NCBI GenBank assembly: GCA_015068645.1
Contig: SVKD01000006.1
Location: 61,265-125,264, forward strand
DNA: 64,000 nt
Direction: 5' to 3'
Source: Oscillospiraceae bacterium
GTDB taxonomy: Bacteria > Bacillota > Clostridia > UMGS1840
Below the pieces are notes generated by a model. The model was given only the letters and a program-made list of their open reading frames with translations, was not told where the DNA came from and did no database searches. Below, piece by piece: positions 46,577-55,025 of the stretch; positions within the stretch are counted from its first letter, which is position 1, and every line of letters begins with the position of its first letter. The translations under genes were made by a program, and so were the position numbers.

Positions 46577-46606
46577 TAATATATGAGAAAAGAAATGATG
46601 TGTGAA
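46577..46606 (-). promoter_or_regulatory. Sigma-K-like sporulation promoter candidate for the micropeptide pair
   Basis: The minus strand reads AC-N16-CATATATTA, which matches the B. subtilis sigma-K consensus AC-N16/17-CATAnnnTA. Confidence 0.35.
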
Positions 46607-46620
46607 AAATTTTACGGATA

Positions 46621-46651
46621 AAAAAACCGTGTCTTAAGACACGGTTTTTTT
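46621..46651. terminator. Bidirectional intrinsic terminator (ends the anti-sigma gene)
   Basis: CCGTGTC-TTAA-GACACGG flanked by A6 and T7 runs. Confidence 0.85.
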
Positions 46652-46723
46652 ATTGTGAATACAACAAGGTTCCGGGGCACCCGACCGCAATCTTTGATTG
46701 CGTCATCGGGTCGGGTTCTTATT
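46652..46723 (-). repeat. Conserved 3-prime-UTR element, copy B
   Basis: The reverse complement matches 816..886 with 2 mismatches. It begins at the anti-sigma stop codon (CAATAAGAACCCG). Confidence 0.8.
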
Positions 46724-47795
46724 GGTCAGGTGAATCAAATTGTAATGTCAATTGCGATTGACCGGCATTTGCATCGGTGGGATATCCCAGCACTGCTTCC
46801 AATTCTGTTTTGGTGATGGTAACAAGATAGGTATCGTTTGAGATTGCTTGGTGGGGGAAGTTTGCCAGGATAGGTTCTTTCCATTGGTCTGCGATTACAA
46901 TGCTTTTATCTGTTTCTGTGTTTTCTTGGGTAATTCCTCTTGCGGAGTAAATGGTTGCATCCATAGGCTTCTGCGTGGATTGCGGTGTAGGATGCGGTGT
47001 AGGAGATAGCGCTTTTTTGGTACCAGATTCCAAGGCCATTGCAGAATCGGTTGCTTTTTCCGAAACAGTTTTCGGTGTATCCGCAGCTTCAGTTGCTACA
47101 ACCTTGGTATTTACATCGGGTGCTGCTTTTGTTGCGGTGTTTGTATCTGCCGATGCAGTTTTTTGTGTGTTGTTCGGTTTCGGGGTTGCTTTGGGAGCAC
47201 TTTCGGCTACAACTTTTGAGCTGCTCTTCGGTTTTTCAGTTGCTTTCGGAGAAACCTTTTCTTCCTTTTGTGGTTTAGCATTGTTGCTTTCTTCGGGAAT
47301 CGTTTTCTCAGAAGCGGCTGCATCGTTTAAAATTTGTTCCTGTGTTGGAATCTGTGCAACGTCCTCAGGTTCAGCGGTAACAACATCATTGCTGTCGGTT
47401 TCTCCTGTGGAAAAATCTGCTGTTTGTACCAACTGCGGATTAGAAACTTGCGCAGCTTCTTTTATTTTACTGTAACGAGATGCACCGAAGATACCAACCA
47501 CAAACAAGAAAGCGCAAGCCGTAGCAGCGGAAAGAATTCGTTTATTCTGCCAGAAAGGGACTTTCTTAGTTGATTTTGCCTGATAAACGGCATATTTAAT
47601 TTTGGCATCCAACTGAGGAGGAACGGGAAAATCATTTTCGATGTTGACATCTGCAAAGAATATACGGTAAAGCTCCAACTGTTTTCTGCAGGTTTCGCAA
47701 GTTGCAATATGTTGTTCCAACGCTGAAGACTCTTGCGGTGTTGCTGTGCCTTTTAAGTAACTGTCAAAGAGCTCAACAATGTGATTACACTTCAA
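46719..47795 (-). CDS. Anti-sigma factor (zf-HC2) with a TM helix, a long low-complexity extracytoplasmic linker and a C-terminal domain of about 80 aa
   Basis: HIATCETCRKQLE (H-x3-C-x2-C), a single TM helix, and a K/T/P/A-rich linker. TTG start lies 6 nt after AAGGAGGG. Confidence 0.8.
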   Translation of the reverse strand: MKCNHIVELFDSYLKGTATPQESSALEQHIATCETCRKQLELYRIFFADVNIENDFPVPPQLDAKIKYAVYQAKSTKKVPFWQNKRILSAATACAFLFVVGIFGASRYSKIKEAAQVSNPQLVQTADFSTGETDSNDVVTAEPEDVAQIPTQEQILNDAAASEKTIPEESNNAKPQKEEKVSPKATEKPKSSSKVVAESAPKATPKPNNTQKTASADTNTATKAAPDVNTKVVATEAADTPKTVSEKATDSAMALESGTKKALSPTPHPTPQSTQKPMDATIYSARGITQENTETDKSIVIADQWKEPILANFPHQAISNDTYLVTITKTELEAVLGYPTDANAGQSQLTLQFDSPDQ

Positions 47796-47862
47796 ATTTA
47801 TCCCTCCTTCTCATTTTGATGATTGTATATGTAATGCCTATTTCGATGTTTTAGACGAAGCA

Positions 47863-48438
47863 TTACAAGAAAAGTTCCGTATTTTTTTGTAATTTTTCAA
47901 GCAGTGCTTTTCTGGCACGGTTGATACCGGATTTTACAGTTCCGGTATTCATATTTAAAATTTCAGCAATTTCCTCGTAGGGAAGTCCTTCGATATCCCT
48001 TAGCACAATGAGCTGCTTCTGTTTTGGTTTTAAGGTGTTGATGGCTTGATATAGTGCTTCTTTTCTCTCTTTTTCTAAAACTGCTTTTTCCACATTTTCT
48101 TTTTCGTCCGGAATTTCTAAGGTATATTCTTCTTCATCTGCACCGGTTGCATATAATGAAGTGGCAGTTTCTTTTTTTCGTTTTCTGAGCACGTCGGTAC
48201 AAACATTTGCACCGATGCGGTAAAGCCAGGTGGAAAGGCTGGATTTTTCTTCGAATTTTGATAGACTCATGTAGGCTTTTAAAAAGACGGTTTGGACAGT
48301 ATCTTCGGCGTCTTTTTCATTTTGCAACATTTTTAAGCACAGGTAATAAAGCTTTTTCGAATAGCGTGAAACCAGTTCGTTAAAAGCTTCTTCATTGCCG
48401 TTTTTCAATTGTCTGATTAATTCTTTTTCGTCCATCAA
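47863..48438 (-). CDS. ECF-type RNA polymerase sigma factor
   Basis: 191 aa with sigma-70 region 2 (DAEDTVQTVFLKAY) and region 4 (LPYEEIAEILNMNTGTVKSGINRARKAL). Confidence 0.9.
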   Translation of the reverse strand: MMDEKELIRQLKNGNEEAFNELVSRYSKKLYYLCLKMLQNEKDAEDTVQTVFLKAYMSLSKFEEKSSLSTWLYRIGANVCTDVLRKRKKETATSLYATGADEEEYTLEIPDEKENVEKAVLEKERKEALYQAINTLKPKQKQLIVLRDIEGLPYEEIAEILNMNTGTVKSGINRARKALLEKLQKNTELFL

Positions 48439-48456
48439 AACGGCGTGATCCTTTCT

Positions 48457-49836
48457 TTAATCGTTATCCTGTGAAGAAAATCCTTTTTGGAAGGCATCTA
48501 ACACACTTTTGACGGGAATCAGTTCCAGTTTGAAATCAGATACCTTTATATATGTATAGTTATGATAGGGGAGAATACACTTGGAAAAACCAAGTTTTTC
48601 TGCCTCAGAAATTCGTTTTTCAATTCCGCTGACTGAGCGGATTTCTCCCAATAATCCAATTTCACCGAAAACGGCACAATCAGAGAGTAACGGCATATTT
48701 TTTACACCGGATGCAATCGCCATGGCAATTGCCAGGTCGCAGGCAGGTTCGGATACAACAAGTCCGCCGGTGATATTCACGTAAACGTCTGATTGAGGGA
48801 GAGAACCAAGTCCTGCCCGTTTTTCCAATACCGCTAAAATCAAGTGTAAGCGGTTAGAATCAATTCCTGTACCCGTTCTTCTGGGGTTGTTGTATGCTGT
48901 TTTGGCAACCAAAGCTTGTACTTCTGCTAAAATGGGACGGCTACCTTCCAGCGTGCAGGCAATCGCACTACCCGACACACCGTTTACACGGCCTCCGATA
49001 AACAACTCTGAGGGATTTGTAATTTCGGAGAGCCCATCGGATAACATATCAAACACGGCAATTTCATTAGAAGAGCCAAAGCGGTTTTTATTGGAACGGA
49101 TAATGCGGTATGCAGAATTTTTTTCTCCTTCAAAGTAAAGTACGCAGTCTACCATATGCTCCAGCACTTTGGGACCTGCAATCATACCGTCTTTGGTCAT
49201 ATGACCCACAATGAACACACAGGTATTAGTTTCTTTTGCATAGCGCATCAGACGCATGGTGCATTCTCGCACCTGACTAATACTTCCGGGGGTAGATTGT
49301 GTATCTTCGGTATACACTGTTTGAATAGAATCCACCACCAGAATACCGGGTTTTACTGCCTCTGCTTCACGCATAATAGAATTCAGTTCATTTTCAGAAT
49401 AGAGAAAAATATCTCTTTCTGAGGCGTTCAGACGAATGGCACGCATCTTGATTTGGGTTTTAGATTCTTCGCCTGACGCATAAAGCACCCGTTGATCGTC
49501 TTTGGCAAGATGACTGCAAATCTGAAGTAACAGTGTGGACTTCCCGATACCGGGATCTCCGCCAAGCAAACAAACCGAGCCGGGAACAATTCCACCGCCA
49601 AGAACACGGTTCAACTCTGAAAAACCGGAATCCATTCTGGGCACAGGGGTTAAATCCACCTGACCGATAACTTCGCTTTTTTGCGGTTCCCGAAGAGTGG
49701 TTAAAGTGCTTTGTTTGGTTTTGGCAATCTTTTGTTCAAAAAAAGTATTCCATGATTCGCAGGCGGGGCATTTGCCCAGCCATTTGGAGCTTTCATATCC
49801 ACATTCATTACACACAAAAACTGATTTGGTTGCCAT
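48457..49836 (-). CDS. radA: DNA repair protein RadA
   Basis: N-terminal zinc finger (CNECGYES...CPAC), Walker A GGDPGIGKSTLLLQ, KNRFG motif, and a Lon-like C-terminal domain. Confidence 0.95.
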   Translation of the reverse strand: MATKSVFVCNECGYESSKWLGKCPACESWNTFFEQKIAKTKQSTLTTLREPQKSEVIGQVDLTPVPRMDSGFSELNRVLGGGIVPGSVCLLGGDPGIGKSTLLLQICSHLAKDDQRVLYASGEESKTQIKMRAIRLNASERDIFLYSENELNSIMREAEAVKPGILVVDSIQTVYTEDTQSTPGSISQVRECTMRLMRYAKETNTCVFIVGHMTKDGMIAGPKVLEHMVDCVLYFEGEKNSAYRIIRSNKNRFGSSNEIAVFDMLSDGLSEITNPSELFIGGRVNGVSGSAIACTLEGSRPILAEVQALVAKTAYNNPRRTGTGIDSNRLHLILAVLEKRAGLGSLPQSDVYVNITGGLVVSEPACDLAIAMAIASGVKNMPLLSDCAVFGEIGLLGEIRSVSGIEKRISEAEKLGFSKCILPYHNYTYIKVSDFKLELIPVKSVLDAFQKGFSSQDND

Positions 49837-49997
49837 TGCAGAATCCTTTATTCAATCGTCACATTTTTTCTTAAAATATTTTGGAAATATTTTGGAACAA
49901 AACGGTCCGTGTTTCGTCAAAACATTTCGTAAAATACAAAAGTTTCTTGCATCATTGTCATAGTCTTATAATAGATTATGACAGTGTCACTTTACCG

Positions 49998-50026
49998 ATT
50001 ATACAATAAAATGCACAATTTGTCTA
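49998..50026 (-). promoter_or_regulatory. Candidate radA promoter
   Basis: On the minus strand: TAGACA, 17-nt spacer, TATAAT. Confidence 0.45.
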
Positions 50027-50107
50027 TAGTTTTTTTGAAATTTCTATTCATTTTGACATGACCCCGAAAAAAAATCCTGAAATTCTGCTTTTTTTTGCAA
50101 AAATCAC

Positions 50108-50136
50108 TTGCATTTTCAAAGGGGTTGTGCTATATT
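50108..50136 (+). promoter_or_regulatory. Promoter of the GT2 gene
   Basis: TTGCAT, 17-nt spacer, TATATT. Confidence 0.6.
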
Positions 50137-50208
50137 TATATAGGTAAAAAAATGCCCTGATAAAGGGAGTTGTAGTACATAGAAAGTATACTGAAGGAGA
50201 ACATCGTT

Positions 50209-51447
50209 ATGCAACCTATTTTTATCGCTCTGAGTTTTTTGATTCAGCTTTTTGCGTATGTTGTTACAGGGTACCACTTTATTGTTTCCCTCTTCGCATG
50301 GTTTCCCAGAAAAGAGAAAGAATTTGTTGTTGATAAAAAACACACCTTTGCTATGGTGGTAGCTGCTCACAACGAGCAAAGCGTAATTAAAAACATGGTG
50401 GAAAGTTTAACCGCTTTAAATTACGATAATGATTTGTATGATATTTACGTAATTGCAGATAACTGTACTGATAAAACCGCAGATATCGCAAGAGAAGCGG
50501 GTGCGATTGCACTGGAGCGTTTCAACGAAACCCATCGCGGTAAAGGCTACGCATTAGACTGGGCGTTTAACGAAATTTTAAGTGGCGAAAAAGAATACGA
50601 TGCAATTTGTGTTTTTGACGCGGATAACATTGCTCACGGCGAATTTTTAAATGAAATCAACAAACGTCTTTGCCAGGGATACGAAGCTGTTCAGGGTTAT
50701 ATCGAAACCAAGAACCCTTACGATACTTGGGTTACCGCATCTTACGCGATTACCTTTGGTTTGATGAACAAAATTTATCAGACTGCAAGATACAATGTTG
50801 GACTTCCCAATCAGTTAAACGGTACCGGTTTTGCTTTGAAAACCGAGATTATCAAAGAATTCGGTTGGGGTGCAAACTGTCTGGCGGAAGATATGGAATT
50901 CACCATGAAGCTTCTTCAGAATCATATTATGGTTGGCTGGGCAGAAAAAGCGATTGTTTATGATGAAAAACCTTTGACTTTATCTCAGTCCTGGAAACAG
51001 AGAATCCGTTGGACTCAGGGGCATGCAGATGTTGCATCCCGTTTTGTTCCGAAGTTGGGGAAAAGCTTCTTTAAAGAAGGAAAACTTCGTTACATCGATT
51101 GTATCATTTATTTGTTGCAGCCGCTTCTGATGATGATTTTAGCGGTTACAGCAGTAATGGGAGTTGTTCAGAGTTGGTATCCCAACACTAAAATCTGGTT
51201 CTCGTTTGCAGATTTCGGTTCTCCGTTGTTTTGGAGTTTGCTGTATTATGGACAGCTTGCGTATGTTCCCGCCATTTTATGGTTAGAAAAGAAATTGACA
51301 ATCAAAACAGTGGTTTATTATGTTCCGTACTTATTCTTTACCTACACTTGGTTGCCTATCGCATTTATCGGCGTAGCCAAGAAGAACAAAAAAGAATGGT
51401 TCCATACTCAGCATACCAGAACCATCAGTATCAAAGAAGTGGAATAG
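50209..51447 (+). CDS. Membrane-embedded family-2 glycosyltransferase, processive synthase type (COG1215-like)
   Basis: N-terminal TM helix, GT-A core (VVAAHNE, DADN), QxxRW motif (QRIRWTQG), and about 4 C-terminal TM helices. Confidence 0.8.
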   Translation: MQPIFIALSFLIQLFAYVVTGYHFIVSLFAWFPRKEKEFVVDKKHTFAMVVAAHNEQSVIKNMVESLTALNYDNDLYDIYVIADNCTDKTADIAREAGAIALERFNETHRGKGYALDWAFNEILSGEKEYDAICVFDADNIAHGEFLNEINKRLCQGYEAVQGYIETKNPYDTWVTASYAITFGLMNKIYQTARYNVGLPNQLNGTGFALKTEIIKEFGWGANCLAEDMEFTMKLLQNHIMVGWAEKAIVYDEKPLTLSQSWKQRIRWTQGHADVASRFVPKLGKSFFKEGKLRYIDCIIYLLQPLLMMILAVTAVMGVVQSWYPNTKIWFSFADFGSPLFWSLLYYGQLAYVPAILWLEKKLTIKTVVYYVPYLFFTYTWLPIAFIGVAKKNKKEWFHTQHTRTISIKEVE

Positions 51448-51490
51448 AGACGGTAAAATAACCGATTAAATCTATACGAAAACGATGAGA

Positions 51491-51529
51491 AGACCGCTGA
51501 AATGAATGTCTGTTCAGCGGTCTTTTTTT
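51491..51529 (+). terminator. Intrinsic terminator after the GT2 gene
   Basis: 11-bp stem AGACCGCTGAA / TTCAGCGGTCT followed by a T-run. Confidence 0.85.
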
Positions 51530-51552
51530 ACACAGTAAGGAGGAGGGTGACG

Positions 51553-52737
51553 ATGAATCGTCCGACGAATACAATTTATCTGGATCATGCAGCAACTACA
51601 CCCATGCATCCCGAGGTGATAGATACTATGGCAGAGGTGATGAAAAACACCTATGGAAATGCCTCTTCCGTATATCATGTAGGTCAGGATGCCAAGGTTT
51701 TGTTGGAAGAAGCCAGAGTTTCTGTGGCAAATATCTTAAACTGCTTACCGAATGAAGTTTATTTTACAGGTTGCGGATCCGAAGCGGATAACTGGGCCAT
51801 CAAAGGTTATGCGATGGCAAACCGCAAAAAAGGCAATCATATTATTACCACTAAAATTGAACATCACGCAATTTTGCACCCCTGCGAATATTTGGAGAAA
51901 AACGGATTTGAAGTGACATACCTTTCGGTGGATGAAACAGGACTTGTTTCCTTGGAAGATGTGAAAAACGCTATCAAAGATACTACGATTTTAATTTCCG
52001 TGATGTATGCAAATAATGAGGTTGGTACCATTGAACCCATTGCTGAAATCGCAAAGATTGCCAAGGAACATGGCATTTGTATGCACACCGATGCTGTTCA
52101 GGCAGTTGGCGCAGAAGCGATTGACTTTCAAACATTAGGTGTTGACATGTTATCTCTGTCGGCTCATAAGTTTGGCGGGCCCAAAGGTGTTGGTGCACTG
52201 TTGGTGAGAAAGGGATTAAGAATTGATCCTTTTATGCACGGTGGCGCGCAAGAACGCTCCAAACGTGCCGGTACCGAGAATCTGGCAGGCATTGTGGGAT
52301 TAGCAAAAGCTCTGGAAATTTCAGTTGCCAATTTGTCCGACAAGCAAGCAAAAATCAAAGAATTAAGAGATTATCTGATTGCACAAATTGAAGAAAAGAT
52401 TCCGTATATCAAGTTTAACGGTCACAGAGAGCGCAGATTAGCGAATAACGTGAATTTCTGCTTCCGTTATATTGAGGGGGAATCCTTGCTCTTGATGTTG
52501 GATATTAACGGTATTTGTGCTTCTAGCGGTTCTGCTTGTACCTCAGGCTCTTTAGATCCTTCCCACGTGCTTTTAGCGTTAGGATTGCCCCACGAAATTG
52601 CACACGGTTCTCTGCGTTTGACATTATCGTCGAAAACTACCAAGGAGGAACTGGATTTCACAGTTTCTAAATTGCAGGAAATCGTGCATCGTTTAAGACT
52701 GATGTCTCCTATTTATGACATGTCTTTGGAACAATAA
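51553..52737 (+). CDS. nifS: Cysteine desulfurase NifS
   Basis: YLDHAATTP, PLP-lysine SAHKFGGPKG, and catalytic Cys loop SSGSACTSG. ATG at 51553 follows AGGAGGG. Confidence 0.93.
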   Translation: MNRPTNTIYLDHAATTPMHPEVIDTMAEVMKNTYGNASSVYHVGQDAKVLLEEARVSVANILNCLPNEVYFTGCGSEADNWAIKGYAMANRKKGNHIITTKIEHHAILHPCEYLEKNGFEVTYLSVDETGLVSLEDVKNAIKDTTILISVMYANNEVGTIEPIAEIAKIAKEHGICMHTDAVQAVGAEAIDFQTLGVDMLSLSAHKFGGPKGVGALLVRKGLRIDPFMHGGAQERSKRAGTENLAGIVGLAKALEISVANLSDKQAKIKELRDYLIAQIEEKIPYIKFNGHRERRLANNVNFCFRYIEGESLLLMLDINGICASSGSACTSGSLDPSHVLLALGLPHEIAHGSLRLTLSSKTTKEELDFTVSKLQEIVHRLRLMSPIYDMSLEQ

Positions 52738-52757
52738 TAAGAAAGGAGCATATATAT

Positions 52758-53204
52758 ATGTATACAGAAAAAGTATTAGATCATTTTCAGAATCCCCGCA
52801 ATGTGGGCGATTTGGAAGGCGCTGACGGGGTTGGACAGGTTGGAAATGCCAAATGCGGAGATATTATGAAAATCTCCTTAAAAGTAGAGAATGATGTGAT
52901 TGTAGACGCAAAATTCAAGACCTTCGGATGCGGTGCAGCGGTTGCAACCAGCAGTATGGCAACTGAAATGATTATCGGCAAAACCTTAGAAGAAGCGCTT
53001 GCTGTTACCAATCAGGCGGTTGTGGAAGCGTTAGAAGGGTTGCCACCGGCAAAAATTCACTGTTCCGTGTTGGCGGAAGAAGCTATCAAGGCTGCTATTC
53101 AGGATTATTATGTGAAAACAGGTCGTGAAATCCCCGGTGGCGGATGTACAGGCTGTTGCGGAAGCTGTGGACATGACCATGGTTGTCAGGATGATGAAGA
53201 GTAA
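52758..53204 (+). CDS. nifU: Fe-S cluster assembly scaffold NifU/IscU with a Cys/His-rich C-terminal tail
   Basis: GNAKCGD, FGCGAA and HCS scaffold cysteines. Tail GGGCTGCCGSCGHDHGCQDDEE. Confidence 0.9.
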   Translation: MYTEKVLDHFQNPRNVGDLEGADGVGQVGNAKCGDIMKISLKVENDVIVDAKFKTFGCGAAVATSSMATEMIIGKTLEEALAVTNQAVVEALEGLPPAKIHCSVLAEEAIKAAIQDYYVKTGREIPGGGCTGCCGSCGHDHGCQDDEE

Positions 53205-53269
53205 AAAATTGCTCACATTGTCGAGTCAAAAAGCCATTAAAAATTGAATCAATGGATTGTTTTCTTCAT

Positions 53270-53307
53270 AAAAAGCTCACAAATTTTAATTTTTGTGAGC
53301 TTTTTTT
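53270..53307 (+). terminator. Intrinsic terminator after nifU
   Basis: AGCTCACAAA / TTTGTGAGCT followed by T7. Confidence 0.85.
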
Positions 53308-53717
53308 GTGAAAAAAACACTGTTTTTTTATATTTTTTCAGAGAAAAATAAAGGCTTTTTTCGGAGATTTTTGTATCATTTTAGCCCTGACAGATCTATT
53401 TCAAAGTGAGTTTTTTATACAATTTTCTGCAAAAAAATGCTGTAATTTTATATCGGAAAATAGAATTTTTCATGTATGAAATACTTTTTTTGTTGGAGAT
53501 TAAAATGCAATTTTTTTAACTTTTTTACGGTTTGTTTATTTTTTGAAACCAAGTATAAAAATTGTCAATTTTGTATATAAATAACTATAAAAAATAGCAA
53601 AAATAACGAAAAAAATTAAATTTTTTTTACAAAGCGTAATCCCTTACGGTTAGCGGAATCGGGCGGATTTTTTGTTCGTCGGAATTCGTCAAAAAACTAT
53701 CAAATGTCCGAAAAAGC

Positions 53718-53746
53718 TTGACAAATGGGCATTTTTGTGTTATTAT
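53718..53746 (+). promoter_or_regulatory. Promoter of the YabE-like gene (leaves a leader of about 165 nt)
   Basis: TTGACA, 17-nt spacer, TATTAT. Confidence 0.6.
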
Positions 53747-53915
53747 GGGAACAATCCGAAAAAAATAAAGGGCTGTTTTGAAGGCAGGTTTTGACAAAAA
53801 AATCGGCTTTTATGATGTAATGGATTTGTAACAATTCTTCCATACCATCTTTCCCAAATCTGAATGAAATAATCGGGAAGAAAACGGCTAATAAAAAAAT
53901 AGGGGGAAATTTATT

Positions 53916-54977
53916 TTGATGAACACAGCAATGGCTCAGAAACGGGCCGGCACTGCCAAGTCACGACTTATGGTATGCACCTTCTTTTTAACGGTTGCAG
54001 TTATGATTATTCTGTTTTCCGCTACTTGTTTTGGGAAATCTGTTGTGATTGATATGAACGGAGAACAGGAAGAAGTATTTGTGTATGGCAAGAACGTAGA
54101 TGACGTTCTGAAGAAAGCGGATATTGAGCTGAAAAAAGAAGATAAAATTTCAGCGAACCGTTATGATGAAGCGTACAATGGTCAGGTTCTCCACGTGGAT
54201 CGTGCGATTCCCGTAGAGTTCGAAGTAAATGGTACAACAACACAGTTCTTGACTACGGCAGCAACCGTAGGTGATTTCTTGGAAGAGAATGGTGTTGTTT
54301 TAGGAGAATTCGATTTAGTAACTCCGTCTTTGGATACTACCTTGACCAAGGATTGTTGCATTGTTTTGGCGAAAGCTGAAACAGAAGTGGTAATTCTCAG
54401 CGAAGATGTTCCTTTCGAATCTGTTTCCGTGGAAAATAACCGTTTGGAAAAAGGAACCGAACGAGTGAAAACCGAAGGTGAAAACGGTGTGAAGGAAATC
54501 TATTATCATCGTATTTGGAGAAACGGTGAAGTGATTCACGAAGTTCAGGTTGATGAAGTTGTAGTAAAAGCACCTGTAAACCGAGTGGTGGAAATCGGCA
54601 CTTACATTCCGCCGATTGGTTATCGTGGTAGTATTGACCGCGCAAGCCTGGAAGGCGCCCGTATGATTCCCATGGAGGCTTCTGCTTATGATTTAAGCTA
54701 TGAAAGCTGTGGAAAACGCCCCGGAGACAGAGGCTATGGTATTACTGCATCCGGTATGATGGCGCAACGCGGTGTAGTTGCGGTGGATCCTAAGGTAATT
54801 CCTTTAGGAACCAAACTTTATATTGAATCGCCCGATGGTTCTTATGTATACGGCTGTGCTGTTGCAGGGGATACCGGGGGAGCAATTAAAGGCAATCGTA
54901 TTGATTTGTTTATGGATACCTATTCCGAATGTATGCAGTTCGGTAGAAGAACCATGAATGTGTATATTTTAAATTAA
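53916..54977 (+). CDS. YabE/RpfB-like cell-wall protein (TM helix, DUF348 repeats, G5 domain, C-terminal 3D domain)
   Basis: N-terminal TM helix and a G5-like region (RVKTEGENGVKEI...). The C-terminal 3D/MltA-like domain has GITASGM, VAVDPKVIPLGTKLYI and IDLFMD. Start is TTG 53916 or ATG 53919. Confidence 0.8.
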   Translation: MMNTAMAQKRAGTAKSRLMVCTFFLTVAVMIILFSATCFGKSVVIDMNGEQEEVFVYGKNVDDVLKKADIELKKEDKISANRYDEAYNGQVLHVDRAIPVEFEVNGTTTQFLTTAATVGDFLEENGVVLGEFDLVTPSLDTTLTKDCCIVLAKAETEVVILSEDVPFESVSVENNRLEKGTERVKTEGENGVKEIYYHRIWRNGEVIHEVQVDEVVVKAPVNRVVEIGTYIPPIGYRGSIDRASLEGARMIPMEASAYDLSYESCGKRPGDRGYGITASGMMAQRGVVAVDPKVIPLGTKLYIESPDGSYVYGCAVAGDTGGAIKGNRIDLFMDTYSECMQFGRRTMNVYILN

Positions 54978-54983
54978 TTGGAA

Positions 54984-55022
54984 TAAAAAAAATACGGAGT
55001 GAATTTCACTCCGTATTTTTTG
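54984..55022. terminator. Bidirectional intrinsic terminator
   Basis: ATACGGAGTG / CACTCCGTAT with flanking A8 and T6 runs. Confidence 0.85.
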
Positions 55023-55025
55023 TTT

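Noticed and set aside
816-46723. The two copies of the 70-nt element as attL/attR of an island, or as ends of an invertible segment.
   Set aside because: The copies are in inverted orientation. The 46 kb between them is core (the dcw cluster, hflX, ldh and others), and no recombinase is present. The common feature is instead position in 3-prime UTRs.
49956-49983. The palindrome upstream of radA as a CtsR or LexA operator.
   Set aside because: The sequence does not match the CtsR heptad direct repeat (GGTCAAA-N3-GGTCAAA) or the Firmicute SOS box (CGAAC-N4-GTTCG). It is kept only as an unassigned operator candidate.
53753-53918. Possible c-di-AMP (ydaO/yuaA) riboswitch in the leader of the YabE-like 3D-domain gene, since that riboswitch class often precedes such genes.
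   Set aside because: I could not find the conserved pseudo-twofold ydaO core elements (ACGGGGA / CCCA-type segments), and the leader is A/T-rich with only short local stems. Only an Infernal scan could rescue the idea.
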